Source of the DNA: Phycisphaeraceae bacterium
GTDB taxonomy: Bacteria > Planctomycetota > Phycisphaerae > Phycisphaerales > Zrk34
Assembly (NCBI GenBank): GCA_040905565.1
Contig: JBBDRF010000088.1
Span: forward strand, 1 to 64,000
Direction: 5' to 3'
DNA length: 64,000 nucleotides
Part shown: piece after piece, positions 29,562 to 38,042 of the stretch
How positions within the stretch are numbered: position 1 is the stretch's first letter
How the letters are laid out: each line of letters starts with the position of its first letter
The notes under the pieces: generated by a model
The model's input: only the letters and a program-made list of their open reading frames with translations
Told to the model about the DNA's origin: nothing
Databases searched by the model: none
Translations under genes and position numbers: made by a program

Positions 29562-32360
29562 ATGTTATTGAGCGTAACACGGCGACAGATAGGCCGCATC
29601 GCGGCGCTGTTGGTCGCCGCGGCGAGTTTGCACGTAAGCGCCGTCGATGCCGGGGCGGAGGCCTTCTTCGCAGCGCCTTCGGCCGGCCGTTATCTCCAGC
29701 TGATCGATCCGCTCACTGATGGCGGCGATGTCGACATCGCCGGGTGGCGGATGGGAAGCTTCGCGATTCACGCCATCGCCGCCCCCGACGGGCCCATCGG
29801 CCTGACGGCGCTGCAACTGCAAGGCCAGGCCCACGAGGCTGGGAGCAAAGGCGACGCCACCATCACCGACGCAGTGAGCGGCATCGGCGTCGTCAGACAA
29901 CTGAGATTCTGGAGCCACCCGCGCCGCAACACCAACGTCGCCTCGATCGGCATCCAGGTCGTCGACGCGGAGGGCGAATCATTCATCGCGACTCAACCGG
30001 CGGAGAAGGGTGGCGACGCATGGCGGCGTGTTGACTTCGATCTCAGCGATGGGTCCTTCGAACCTGCTTGGAATCAGCCGGACAAGAGCGGGCGGATCAG
30101 GTTCCCCCTAGCGCAGGTCAATATCGTCTGGTTCGCCGAGGAGGCCGGCCCGAGCGCCGTCACCTTGAACGGCCTGGTGGCCGTGACCGATCGGCCCGCA
30201 CCCGACATCGCCCGTTTCGCTGGTCCGGGCGTGCTGGAACCGGGGCAGCCGCTGGGCCTGCCGGTCGTCATCGCCGGCGACGAGGCCGGCAGCGAGGTTG
30301 ACATCGCGTACACCCTTCAGCGCGACCCGCGTCTGCGCGATCTCGATCGCGCCAACCAGTCCACCGCGGGCCCCAGATTCGCCTCCGGCCGAGTGCGTCG
30401 AGCCGTACCTGAAAGGGCGTTCGATGTGGTCAACATTGAAGGGGAAGATCCCCTCGGCCCGGGCGCGTACCTGCTTACACTCAGGGCCGAACGCGGTGAC
30501 CAGGTGTCTAGGCAGACGCAACGGCTTTTCGTTCTGCCGGAGAGGCTGACTGCCGAACAGCAGGCCGCCTCGCCCATCGGGCTTAACAGCAGCCGCGTGG
30601 AGCTGGCGCCCTTGCATCAGCGGCTGGGCATTGGTTGGGTGCGGTTTGAAAACCTCAAGTGGCCGATGGTCTCGCCCGAGCCGGGACGGTTCGTCTTCGA
30701 TGGCGTGCCGCCGTGGTACGTCGACCACGATCGCTATATGAGGACGATGGCGGAGCACAACATCAAGGTGCTTCCCTTCCTGTTCCACGTGCCGCCGTGG
30801 GCCAGTTCCGCACCGGAGGAAGCCGACCGTCGGGACCACTATCCCCCGGCCGATTACGAAGCGTACGGTGAGTTTGTCTTCCAGACCGTCGCTCGGTTCG
30901 GCAGCCGTAAACACGATCCCGCAACGCTCCAGACCGACGACGGCCTCTCGGGTCTCGGCCTGATCGACACGTACGAGTTGTGGAATGAACCGAATCTCAA
31001 CGAGCCGGGCTGGGGCCATTGGATCGGCGAGCTCGACGCGTATTTCGAGATGATGCGCGTGGGCGCTGAGGCGGCCAAGCGAGCCGACCCGACCGTCCGC
31101 ATTGCCAACGCCGGTTTCGCAGGCATCACGCCGGGTTTGGTGGACACGCTTCGGCGATACGAGTACGCCGACGGCAAGCGACCGCTCGATTTCATCGACG
31201 TGCTCAGCGTCCACACGTATACCGGTGAAGTGGCGCCGGAGCGATCGGCCATCGACACCAACGTCGATCGCGAGGGCGCAACGGGCGGCTCCGTCACCCA
31301 TGCGGAAAACCTCCGGCGGCTCGCCGACTGGCGCGATCAGCATCGTCCCGAGATGCCGATCTGGATGACCGAGACGGGCTACGACACCGGCGGCCCGCGG
31401 GGCGTCAATGAACGTGAGCAGGCGGCCTACAACGTGCGGAACACGCTCATGATGCTCGCGGCCGGCATCGACAAGGTCATCATTTATCGGGAATCCGGAT
31501 CGGCCGAAAGTCTTTACGCTGCCTCGGGGTTGCTGCGGGACGATCGCAGCTATAAGCCTTCGTGGTTCTCCGTCGCCACGTTGATCCGCCAACTCGGTGA
31601 CGCCGACGATTTCCATCGCCTGCCGCATCCGGACGATGACATCTACCTCTACGCCTGGCGGCGCGACGGCGGGTGGATCGTGGCCGCGTGGTGCATCCAA
31701 GGAGAAAAACACCTCAACCTGGACTGGGGCGGCGCGACGATCACGGACACGTTCGGCGGAGTGACAACGTTCGGAGAAACCAACGTCCTCACGCTCAGCG
31801 AATTGCCCGTCTACCTCAGTGAGATTGCGGATGAGCCCGCCGTTGTCGAGCATGTCCAACAGAGCCGGGCAGCCGTAGCCGAGTGGCGTCAAGAACGGCG
31901 AGCGCGGGCCGAATTGCAGGCGAGCCTCTTCGACTTCGGTAGCCGAAAGCACGTCGCCACGCTCGACCTCGGCGGCCCGCGATGGTTCACTCCCGTCCTC
32001 GCGGAGGACCTCTACGATGAGCAGACCGGCTACGGCTTCCTGGACCAGCCTGCCGATGCCGACAACGACGCGCACTGGATCGATGACCCCGCCGAACGCA
32101 CCACCTGCCGTGTCAAACCCGGCAGCCGATTCCGCTTCGACCTCGAGGGAGGCGAATACGAACTGGCAATTGGCTACCGAACCACCGGCGCGGACCTCGT
32201 CCACACGATCCACGTCGATGGCCAGGCCATCAAAACGCCCGCTTTCACCGGCGATCGTGATGAAGCGCGACTCGCGATCGAAATCGATCAGGGCCCGATC
32301 GTCATTGAGTTCTCCGGCTACGGCGATGTCGCCTGGATTGCCGCCGTTAAAAGCCCTTGA
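29562..32360 (+). CDS. Secreted clan GH-A glycoside hydrolase (GH39/GH5-like) with accessory beta-sandwich domains
   Basis: AGGAG SD at 29551, signal peptide, YELWNEPN acid/base, WMTETGY nucleophile. Confidence 0.75.
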   Translation: MLLSVTRRQIGRIAALLVAAASLHVSAVDAGAEAFFAAPSAGRYLQLIDPLTDGGDVDIAGWRMGSFAIHAIAAPDGPIGLTALQLQGQAHEAGSKGDATITDAVSGIGVVRQLRFWSHPRRNTNVASIGIQVVDAEGESFIATQPAEKGGDAWRRVDFDLSDGSFEPAWNQPDKSGRIRFPLAQVNIVWFAEEAGPSAVTLNGLVAVTDRPAPDIARFAGPGVLEPGQPLGLPVVIAGDEAGSEVDIAYTLQRDPRLRDLDRANQSTAGPRFASGRVRRAVPERAFDVVNIEGEDPLGPGAYLLTLRAERGDQVSRQTQRLFVLPERLTAEQQAASPIGLNSSRVELAPLHQRLGIGWVRFENLKWPMVSPEPGRFVFDGVPPWYVDHDRYMRTMAEHNIKVLPFLFHVPPWASSAPEEADRRDHYPPADYEAYGEFVFQTVARFGSRKHDPATLQTDDGLSGLGLIDTYELWNEPNLNEPGWGHWIGELDAYFEMMRVGAEAAKRADPTVRIANAGFAGITPGLVDTLRRYEYADGKRPLDFIDVLSVHTYTGEVAPERSAIDTNVDREGATGGSVTHAENLRRLADWRDQHRPEMPIWMTETGYDTGGPRGVNEREQAAYNVRNTLMMLAAGIDKVIIYRESGSAESLYAASGLLRDDRSYKPSWFSVATLIRQLGDADDFHRLPHPDDDIYLYAWRRDGGWIVAAWCIQGEKHLNLDWGGATITDTFGGVTTFGETNVLTLSELPVYLSEIADEPAVVEHVQQSRAAVAEWRQERRARAELQASLFDFGSRKHVATLDLGGPRWFTPVLAEDLYDEQTGYGFLDQPADADNDAHWIDDPAERTTCRVKPGSRFRFDLEGGEYELAIGYRTTGADLVHTIHVDGQAIKTPAFTGDRDEARLAIEIDQGPIVIEFSGYGDVAWIAAVKSP

Positions 32361-32418
32361 CGACGCGTCAGTGAACAATCCTGTCAGTGCGATCGGAATC
32401 AAGAGCCACGGCAACCTC

Positions 32419-32502
32419 CAGTTTGGCGAGCCGATTGGCACATTGCTCGCCTATTGCATTGCAGGACATCATGCAGGGCTGCCCGATGCTGAGACGGATT
32501 AG
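32419..32502 (+). pseudogene. Short fragment resembling the HD domain of type I Cas3
   Basis: QFGEPIGTLLAYCIAGHHAGLPD matches the IAGHHxGLPD motif I recall from Cas3 HD domains; no other cas genes or array in the window. Confidence 0.5.
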
Positions 32503-32885
32503 GTGCTCGCCCAGCATGAAAAGGCCGGTCGCGGTGCCAGCATCCCGCTCCGGGCAGATCTGGTCGAGCAGCTCCGCGCTTACCTCGACGATCTGAAACG
32601 TCGTAAAGGCGAAAGGCTACCGCTCGGGACGCAGCTGTTCCCGATGCCGGTCGACATGATCCGCGTCTTCGACCGCGACCTTGCTGTCGCCGAGATCCCC
32701 AAGCGGGACGAGCGGGACCGCGTCGTCGACATCCACGCCCTCCGCCACACCTTCGGCATCCACCTCGCCCGCGCCGGCGTCTCCCCCCGCGTCGCCATGG
32801 CCGCGATGCGACACAGTTCGCTCGAACTCACCGTGAACGTCTACACCGATCCCCGCATTGCTTGACGTCACCGGTGCGGTCGCGT
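32503..32885 (+). pseudogene. C-terminal remnant of a tyrosine integrase
   Basis: HALRHTFG, MRHS, NVYTD catalytic residues; N-terminus absent; frameshift after DPR (LLDVTGAV continues in another frame); converges on the tRNA 3' end. Confidence 0.85.
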
Positions 32886-33032
32886 GCGCTTGCACGTATG
32901 GCAGGCTTGGATTGACCAACTGTGTCCATTGCTCGCAACGGCGGCCGAAAACCGGCCTCGCAGCGATCGCCATAACTCATGCACTCGGCGCAAGATGACG
33001 CCTCCCGGCAACGAGTGTCACCAAGAGGCGAA

Positions 33033-33078
33033 AAAGCGGGCGAAGGGATTCGAACCCTCGACATTCAGCTTGGAAGGC
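33033..33078 (-). repeat. att direct repeat (displaced 3' half of tRNA-Gly), left boundary of the element
   Basis: 46 bp AAAGCGGGCGAAGGGATTCGAACCCTCGACATTCAGCTTGGAAGGC, identical to 42228-42273. Confidence 0.97.
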
Positions 33079-33160
33079 ATAAAAAGTTAGGGTAATATTT
33101 TGTTCGTGCTGTTACGTTGCGATTGATAATGTAGTGTTTTCCCGGTAATATGGCGTATGT

Positions 33161-33232
33161 GGCGCTACCTTGAGTTTCGGCGTTTTTCGCTGTTAGGGTA
33201 GCGCCATGGTAGCGCCAGCGTCCGGCGCTACC
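33161..33232. promoter_or_regulatory. Putative integrase arm-type binding sites (left arm)
   Basis: GGTAGCGCC at 33197 and 33208; inverted GGCGCTACC at 33161 and 33224. Confidence 0.7.
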
Positions 33233-33271
33233 GCATTCAGCACGGTCGCAAAATCACCGGAAGGGTAAGAC

Positions 33272-34486
33272 ATGCCAGCGGAACCAGCCTTGAGAATCGC
33301 GGGCCCGAGCGGGCGAAGGAAGCCCATCAAGCGGAAGCTGACGCAGGCGTGGTGCAGGAGCGTCGCCCCGCCGACCGAGGGGCGGCTGGTGGTGCATGAC
33401 ACCGCAACCCCCGGGCTGGTGCTGACCGTGACGGCGAAGGGGAGCCGGGCGTGGTATCTCTACAAGAAGATCGACGGCAAGCCGAGGCGGTTCAAGCTGG
33501 CCGACGCGGATGTAGCCTTGGAGGATGCGCGGAAGCTGTTCTACAAGGAACTGGCGAGGTTCCACGATGGCAAGAACCCGGCGGCAGAGCGGCGACGGCG
33601 TCGTCAGCGCGTGACGACGCTGGCGGAACTCTGGACGCTGTACGGCGAGGAACGCGAGCGAACCCCGCGCACTATCACGGCGGAAACGTCGCTATGGAAG
33701 CAGGTGGGCGCGATGGATCGGCGGGCGCTGGACAGCATCAAGGTAGAGGACGTGGCGGCGCTTCATTCTCGCATCGGCAAGAAACGCAAGGTGACAGCTA
33801 ACCGGGTGGTGCAATTGGTCCGGCGGCTGTTTCGCTTCGCGCGGCGACGAAGGCTCTACACAGGCGACAACCCCGCCGAAGGGCTGGAACTCTACCCCGA
33901 GCGTGGACGCGAACGCTACGTGAAGCCATCGGAGCTACCGGCCCTGCTGGCGGCGATCGACGCGGAGGCGGACCCGTGGCCGGATTACTTCCGCCTGCTG
34001 CTGCTGACCGGCGCGAGGCGTTCGGCGCTGGCGGCGATGAAGTGGGCGGACCTGGACCTTAATGCTAAGACGTGGGCCATCCCCGCGAGCGATTCGAAGA
34101 ACAAGACGGGTATCACGGTCGCGCTTGTGCCCGAGGCCGTGACGCGGCTGGAGAGGCGGCTGGCGGCTTCGAAGGAAAACGCAAAGTATGTATTCCCGGC
34201 CCCCAGCAAAGAGGGCCACGTCGTCAACCCATACGAGGCATGGAAGCGGATACGCGACGCGGCGAAGATGGACAATTTGACCATGCACGATCTGAGGCAT
34301 ACCACCGGTTCATACTTGGCGGCGGCTGGCGTCTCCGCGCCCATGATCGGCAAGGCGCTGGGGCATCGGTCAATGTCATCGACCATGCGTTACATGCACC
34401 TTGACGTTGAATCAATTCGGGAAGAGCTGGCGCACGTGGCCGACGCGATGGCGGCGGCGACACCGACGCAGAAGGGAAACACATGA
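33272..34486 (+). CDS. int: Tyrosine integrase with an N-terminal arm-DNA-binding domain
   Basis: PGLVLTVT..G.RAW arm domain; TGARR, SKNK, HDLRH, LGH, MRY give the full R-K-H-R-H-Y set. Confidence 0.95.
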   Translation: MPAEPALRIAGPSGRRKPIKRKLTQAWCRSVAPPTEGRLVVHDTATPGLVLTVTAKGSRAWYLYKKIDGKPRRFKLADADVALEDARKLFYKELARFHDGKNPAAERRRRRQRVTTLAELWTLYGEERERTPRTITAETSLWKQVGAMDRRALDSIKVEDVAALHSRIGKKRKVTANRVVQLVRRLFRFARRRRLYTGDNPAEGLELYPERGRERYVKPSELPALLAAIDAEADPWPDYFRLLLLTGARRSALAAMKWADLDLNAKTWAIPASDSKNKTGITVALVPEAVTRLERRLAASKENAKYVFPAPSKEGHVVNPYEAWKRIRDAAKMDNLTMHDLRHTTGSYLAAAGVSAPMIGKALGHRSMSSTMRYMHLDVESIREELAHVADAMAAATPTQKGNT

Positions 34487-35214
34487 AGCCGACGCTAGGC
34501 GAGAGGCTATCGGAGTACGGGCAGACCCGGGAATGGGTTGAGTGTCTTATCGACGACCACACGGCGGCCGTGCAGGCCTTGGAGGACTGGCGTATAGCGG
34601 CGGGCGAGATCGTCCCCGACGCGGCAGACGATCCGCCAGCGATACAGGACGTGGTGCAGTTGCGGAAGCTTTACGATCTTCTGCGGACGTATCTTGATAT
34701 CGAGTGGCCTCGACTATCCCTTGAATCATTAGGCCGTGTCGTCGATGGGCTCTACGCGACTGTTCGGCCTTGGCGTTCCGTTCACGACTCTAGCGCCCTG
34801 GGCGGAGTCCGGCGTGAACGGCGGCACCGGCCTACCGCCAACGAGCTGTGTGCAACCATGACGGATGCCGTCGATGAGATTACGCGGCTGACGGACGCGA
34901 TTATGTTGAAGCCGCGCAGGGATGACGAGCGACCCCCGCCCACGAGCGATAGCACCGAGCCGGAACAAGAGGAATTGACGGAAACGGAAGCCCGAGCCTA
35001 TGAGTTGTGGAGTACCGCAACACGCGACGGCAAAGACCGAAAAACATACAAGCAGGTTTTCGAGGAACTGCGCGAATCCGGCATGAAGGATTGGGATAAT
35101 GCGGGCGCGTTCAAACGCCGAGTGACTGCCGCGAAGGGGAAGATGAAGAGTCTGAAAAACTCGCCACGCGCAGGCCGTAGCGGGCGCAGCATCGTAAGAG
35201 CGGATGAGTTGTAA
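34483..35214 (+). CDS. Hypothetical protein coupled to int, possible C-terminal DNA-binding domain
   Basis: ATGA overlap with int; 243-aa ORF with a basic helical C-terminus. Confidence 0.65.
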   Translation: MKPTLGERLSEYGQTREWVECLIDDHTAAVQALEDWRIAAGEIVPDAADDPPAIQDVVQLRKLYDLLRTYLDIEWPRLSLESLGRVVDGLYATVRPWRSVHDSSALGGVRRERRHRPTANELCATMTDAVDEITRLTDAIMLKPRRDDERPPPTSDSTEPEQEELTETEARAYELWSTATRDGKDRKTYKQVFEELRESGMKDWDNAGAFKRRVTAAKGKMKSLKNSPRAGRSGRSIVRADEL

Positions 35215-35266
35215 GGGACAGAAAGGGACAACCAAGGGACAGCCCTAACTTTTTTATAACACACAG

Positions 35267-35299
35267 AACCGCCTTAGCACTACCGCTAGGGCGGTTTTT
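35267..35299 (+). terminator. Intrinsic terminator after int-orf2
   Basis: AACCGCCTTAGC / GCTAGGGCGGTT stem followed by a T-run. Confidence 0.7.
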
Positions 35300-35380
35300 C
35301 TATGCGCTCATCGTGTCCCCGATTGTCCCTTTTTCGGTTTGTAGAGGCGTATCACAACAAACCAACGGAAAGGCTTAACT

Positions 35381-35581
35381 ATGAACGCGACAGACGGGAA
35401 CACAATGCTCACGACCCCGCAAGCGGCGGACTGGCTAGGGATGCGTCCGCAGACACTTCACGAGTGGCGATGCAGGGGCGTCGGGCCACGGTACCACAAG
35501 CTAGGGCGGGCGGTTCGGTACAAGGCAGCCGACTTGGCGGAGTACATCGAGGCGCAGGCAGTCGAACCTTGCCGGGTCTGA
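35381..35581 (+). CDS. AlpA/Xis-like helix-turn-helix protein (HTH_17)
   Basis: LTTPQAADWLGMRPQTLHEWR..G.GP.Y.KLGRAVRY...DL..YI. Confidence 0.9.
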   Translation: MNATDGNTMLTTPQAADWLGMRPQTLHEWRCRGVGPRYHKLGRAVRYKAADLAEYIEAQAVEPCRV

Positions 35582-35583
35582 AC

Positions 35584-35617
35584 AAAAAAAAGCCCCGAAC
35601 GGCGGCAACCGCGGGGC
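35584..35617 (-). terminator. Minus-strand (antisense) terminator-like hairpin after the AlpA-like gene
   Basis: A-run followed by GCCCCG...CGGGGC on the + strand. Confidence 0.5.
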
Positions 35618-35635
35618 GAACGAAAGGGCAATGAC

Positions 35636-35800
35636 ATGTTAGTGCGAATTGAAAACGAAGCCAAGCAAAAAACCAATCTGGGACTCGGGCGATGCGTTCG
35701 GTGTAACCGCGCCAGACTCAAGGTCGGCGAAAGGAACTACTGCGCGAGATGCGAGCGGATGCTGGTAACGCGCGCCCTCCGTCGGGGGGCTCAAAAATGA
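35636..35800 (+). CDS. 54-aa CxxC-CxxC zinc-finger protein (below the ORF track cutoff)
   Basis: MLVRIENE...CVRC...CARC...GAQK; GAAAGGG upstream; its TGA overlaps the next ATG. Confidence 0.55.
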   Translation: MLVRIENEAKQKTNLGLGRCVRCNRARLKVGERNYCARCERMLVTRALRRGAQK

Positions 35801-35982
35801 GGTGGTCAGAGATACATCGACGTGCCGGACAGCCGGAGGGCGAAGACGCGCCAAACGCGGGCGGCCCTTACAACGCTCGGACGTGGTGCGGCCCCGAGCA
35901 TCTGCGGCGGCTGGCGGCAGTCGCTGAGGCTCGGGAGCGGTGGGAGCGGCGATACGTCCCGGCGATGGGGGGTGCGCGATGA
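35797..35982 (+). CDS. Small hypothetical protein (61 aa)
   Basis: ATGA overlaps at both ends, suggesting translational coupling. Confidence 0.55.
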   Translation: MRWSEIHRRAGQPEGEDAPNAGGPYNARTWCGPEHLRRLAAVAEARERWERRYVPAMGGAR

Positions 35983-37175
35983 GTACTTGCACGCACGACC
36001 ACGCAACCCCGTATCTCGGCATCGGCGACGAAGAACGCATCGTGTGCAATTCATGCGGCGAAGATTGGGCAGAGGTAAGCGAAAATGTCAACAATTGTGG
36101 ACAAAGCGAAGAACCGACTCACCGCCTTATCATCCGACGCGCCTCTGACGTGGTTTGCCGCGCCGTAGTGTGGCTGTGGCAGAATATCTTTGTCGCGGGC
36201 GGTATCAACTTCATTGTCGGGATGCCGGACGTCGGCAAGAGCGTATTAACTGCCTATATCGCGGCGAAGGTAAGCAAGGGTGGAGAGTGGCCACCGGTGC
36301 GCGGTAGCTGCGCCCAGTGCGAAGCCGGTTCGGTTGCGTTTCTTTCAATGGAAGATCACGTCGAGGCAACCATAGTTCCCCGGCTGAAAGAGGCTGGGGC
36401 GAACCTTGAGAAGATAGCCATCATCGAAGGTGTGAAACGAATTAGCGCCGACAGTAGCGGCGAGGTTGCTATCCGCGACGCTTTCGACATATCGCAGGAC
36501 GTTCCGAGGCTTGAGAAGCTCCGACAGGAGATGCCCGACTTGCGGCTGGTGATTATCGACCCGCTAGACAGCTACCTAAACGCCAAGGTTGATACCAACA
36601 TTGGTAATAAGGTGCGCGCGGCTCTGTGGCCGCTGAAAGACTGGGCAGAATCTACCGGCGTCACCATCATTATCGTGCATCACTTCAACAAGTCGGTCTC
36701 AACAAACGCGATGGATCGGGTCAGCGGAGCGCGATCGTTCGGTGCGTTGCCGCGCTCGGTTTGGGCAATTGGCCGAGAGGAGCACGACGACCGCACCATC
36801 ATGGCGCCGATGAAGCTAAATATTGTGTCGGAAGATCAAAAGCGGTCCCTGGCGTATCGGCTGAAGTCTTCATTCAACAATCCGAGCGTGCCGGTGATTC
36901 ACTGGTGCGAGGGCGATATCGACGTAACGGCTTCGGAACTGCTGGGGGCAAAGCGAAAGAAGACAGACAGTGCGGCCCATTGGCTGAGGGACATGCTCAG
37001 CGACGGGCCAATCGAGTCGAAACGTCTTCAAGAACTGGCGGAAGACTCTGGGCAAGCGTGGTCAACGCTGAAGAAAGCCAAGGACGGCGCGGGCGTGGTA
37101 GTCGAGCAGATACGCGAACAGGGCAAGGTCGCGGGCTGGCATTGGAGGCTAGAAGACCATGAACCAACGGGGTAA
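35979..37175 (+). CDS. AAA_25 / RecA-like (RepA-type) replicative helicase
   Basis: WLW, GMPDVGKS (Walker A), SMED, LVIIDP (Walker B), VHHFNK, RVSG; short Cys/His N-terminus and no recognisable primase domain. Confidence 0.88.
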   Translation: MSTCTHDHATPYLGIGDEERIVCNSCGEDWAEVSENVNNCGQSEEPTHRLIIRRASDVVCRAVVWLWQNIFVAGGINFIVGMPDVGKSVLTAYIAAKVSKGGEWPPVRGSCAQCEAGSVAFLSMEDHVEATIVPRLKEAGANLEKIAIIEGVKRISADSSGEVAIRDAFDISQDVPRLEKLRQEMPDLRLVIIDPLDSYLNAKVDTNIGNKVRAALWPLKDWAESTGVTIIIVHHFNKSVSTNAMDRVSGARSFGALPRSVWAIGREEHDDRTIMAPMKLNIVSEDQKRSLAYRLKSSFNNPSVPVIHWCEGDIDVTASELLGAKRKKTDSAAHWLRDMLSDGPIESKRLQELAEDSGQAWSTLKKAKDGAGVVVEQIREQGKVAGWHWRLEDHEPTG

Positions 37176-37253
37176 CAAAGAGAGTCTTCTAGGTCTCCTT
37201 GGTCTTCTAGAGCAAGGAGACCTAGGAGACCAAGGAGACCTAGAAGACCAAGG
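37149..37253. repeat. Inverted array of 9-bp repeats, putative replication origin
   Basis: C(A/T)AG(A/G)AGAC: three inverted units at 37184-37210, four direct units plus a partial at 37213-37253, one more at 37149-37157. Confidence 0.7.
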
Positions 37254-37319
37254 GCTTACCTTGCACCCCGACGGACTCCGCAGCGAGCGCCCCATGCCCA
37301 TACTCCAAAGGAAAACGTA

Positions 37320-37679
37320 ATGCCATACGCACCGATCAAGCATAGCCCACAACGGGCACCACGACGAAGGCCCGATACCCGCACCGGCGAGGCCAAGGGC
37401 AACGGATTTTACAACCACCCCAGATGGCGACGGCTTCGGTGGGCTTTTCTGAGAGAGCACCCCCTATGCGTGGACCCGTTCGGGCATCACGGGGCAGACA
37501 GGCCAACACCAGCCGAGCATGTGGACCACATTAAACCGAGGCGGACGCACCCGTCGTTAGCGTATGAGGCTCACAATCTGCAAGCGCTATGCGCATCGTG
37601 CCACAGCGTAAAGACGCGGAGAGAGCAAGGACGGGGCAGTAACGGGCACGCACAGGGGGAGGGGGGTTGCAATCTCTAA
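37320..37679 (+). CDS. HNH endonuclease, terminase-associated (HK97 gp74-like)
   Basis: FY...W..LR..FL..HPLC, VDHIKP, NLQALCASCHSVKT. Confidence 0.9.
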   Translation: MPYAPIKHSPQRAPRRRPDTRTGEAKGNGFYNHPRWRRLRWAFLREHPLCVDPFGHHGADRPTPAEHVDHIKPRRTHPSLAYEAHNLQALCASCHSVKTRREQGRGSNGHAQGEGGCNL

Positions 37680-37746
37680 CCGGTCACTAGGGCGAGGCGT
37701 TCATGTAGCCATAACGCAATTTTTCACGGGTTTTGAGAAAGGGGCG
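37654..37746. other. Putative cos packaging region
   Basis: GGGGGAGGGGGG..AATCTCT..CGCAATTTTTC..TTTT..AAAGGGG directly at the HNH 3' end, the usual cos position in HK97-like phages. Confidence 0.5.
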
Positions 37747-37749
37747 ACA

Positions 37750-37995
37750 TTGAGCACGGCGACGAAGCGAACACGACCGGCGATGAGGGCGACAGACCCC
37801 GCCGACATCGAGCGACAGATTACTAGTTCGCGTGGGTGGGAGATGGTGCCGACGTTCCAGCGGCCCCGGTGCAAATGGTGCGGTTCGAGCGACATCAAGA
37901 CCACACGCTCCATCGCGGATCAGGGGGACGGTTCGACGCTTAGGTACGCCAAGTGCCGAGGCTGCGACAAAAATATGAAATACATACTTGAATGA
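37750..37995 (+). CDS. Small zinc-ribbon protein, Ogr/Delta-like
   Basis: CKWCGS..TRS..RYAKCRGC; start uncertain. Confidence 0.55.
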   Translation: MSTATKRTRPAMRATDPADIERQITSSRGWEMVPTFQRPRCKWCGSSDIKTTRSIADQGDGSTLRYAKCRGCDKNMKYILE

Positions 37996-38042
37996 TTCTA
38001 AGAATTGGAATCACTACTCTTTCAGAAGGCTATTCTAACATC

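Noticed and set aside
30108..32441. Long antisense ORFs (e.g. 777 aa here; also 9432-11120, 42436-44082, 3447-4466, 62693-63847)
   Set aside because: Shadow ORFs opposite well-supported genes in high-GC DNA, with no recognisable motifs.
33033..33078. Second tRNA-Gly gene
   Set aside because: Only the 3' half is present; the 5' acceptor strand and D-arm are missing, so it is an att repeat.
37149..37253. CRISPR array
   Set aside because: Units are 9 bp, contiguous and have no unique spacers. No CRISPR array was seen anywhere in the window.
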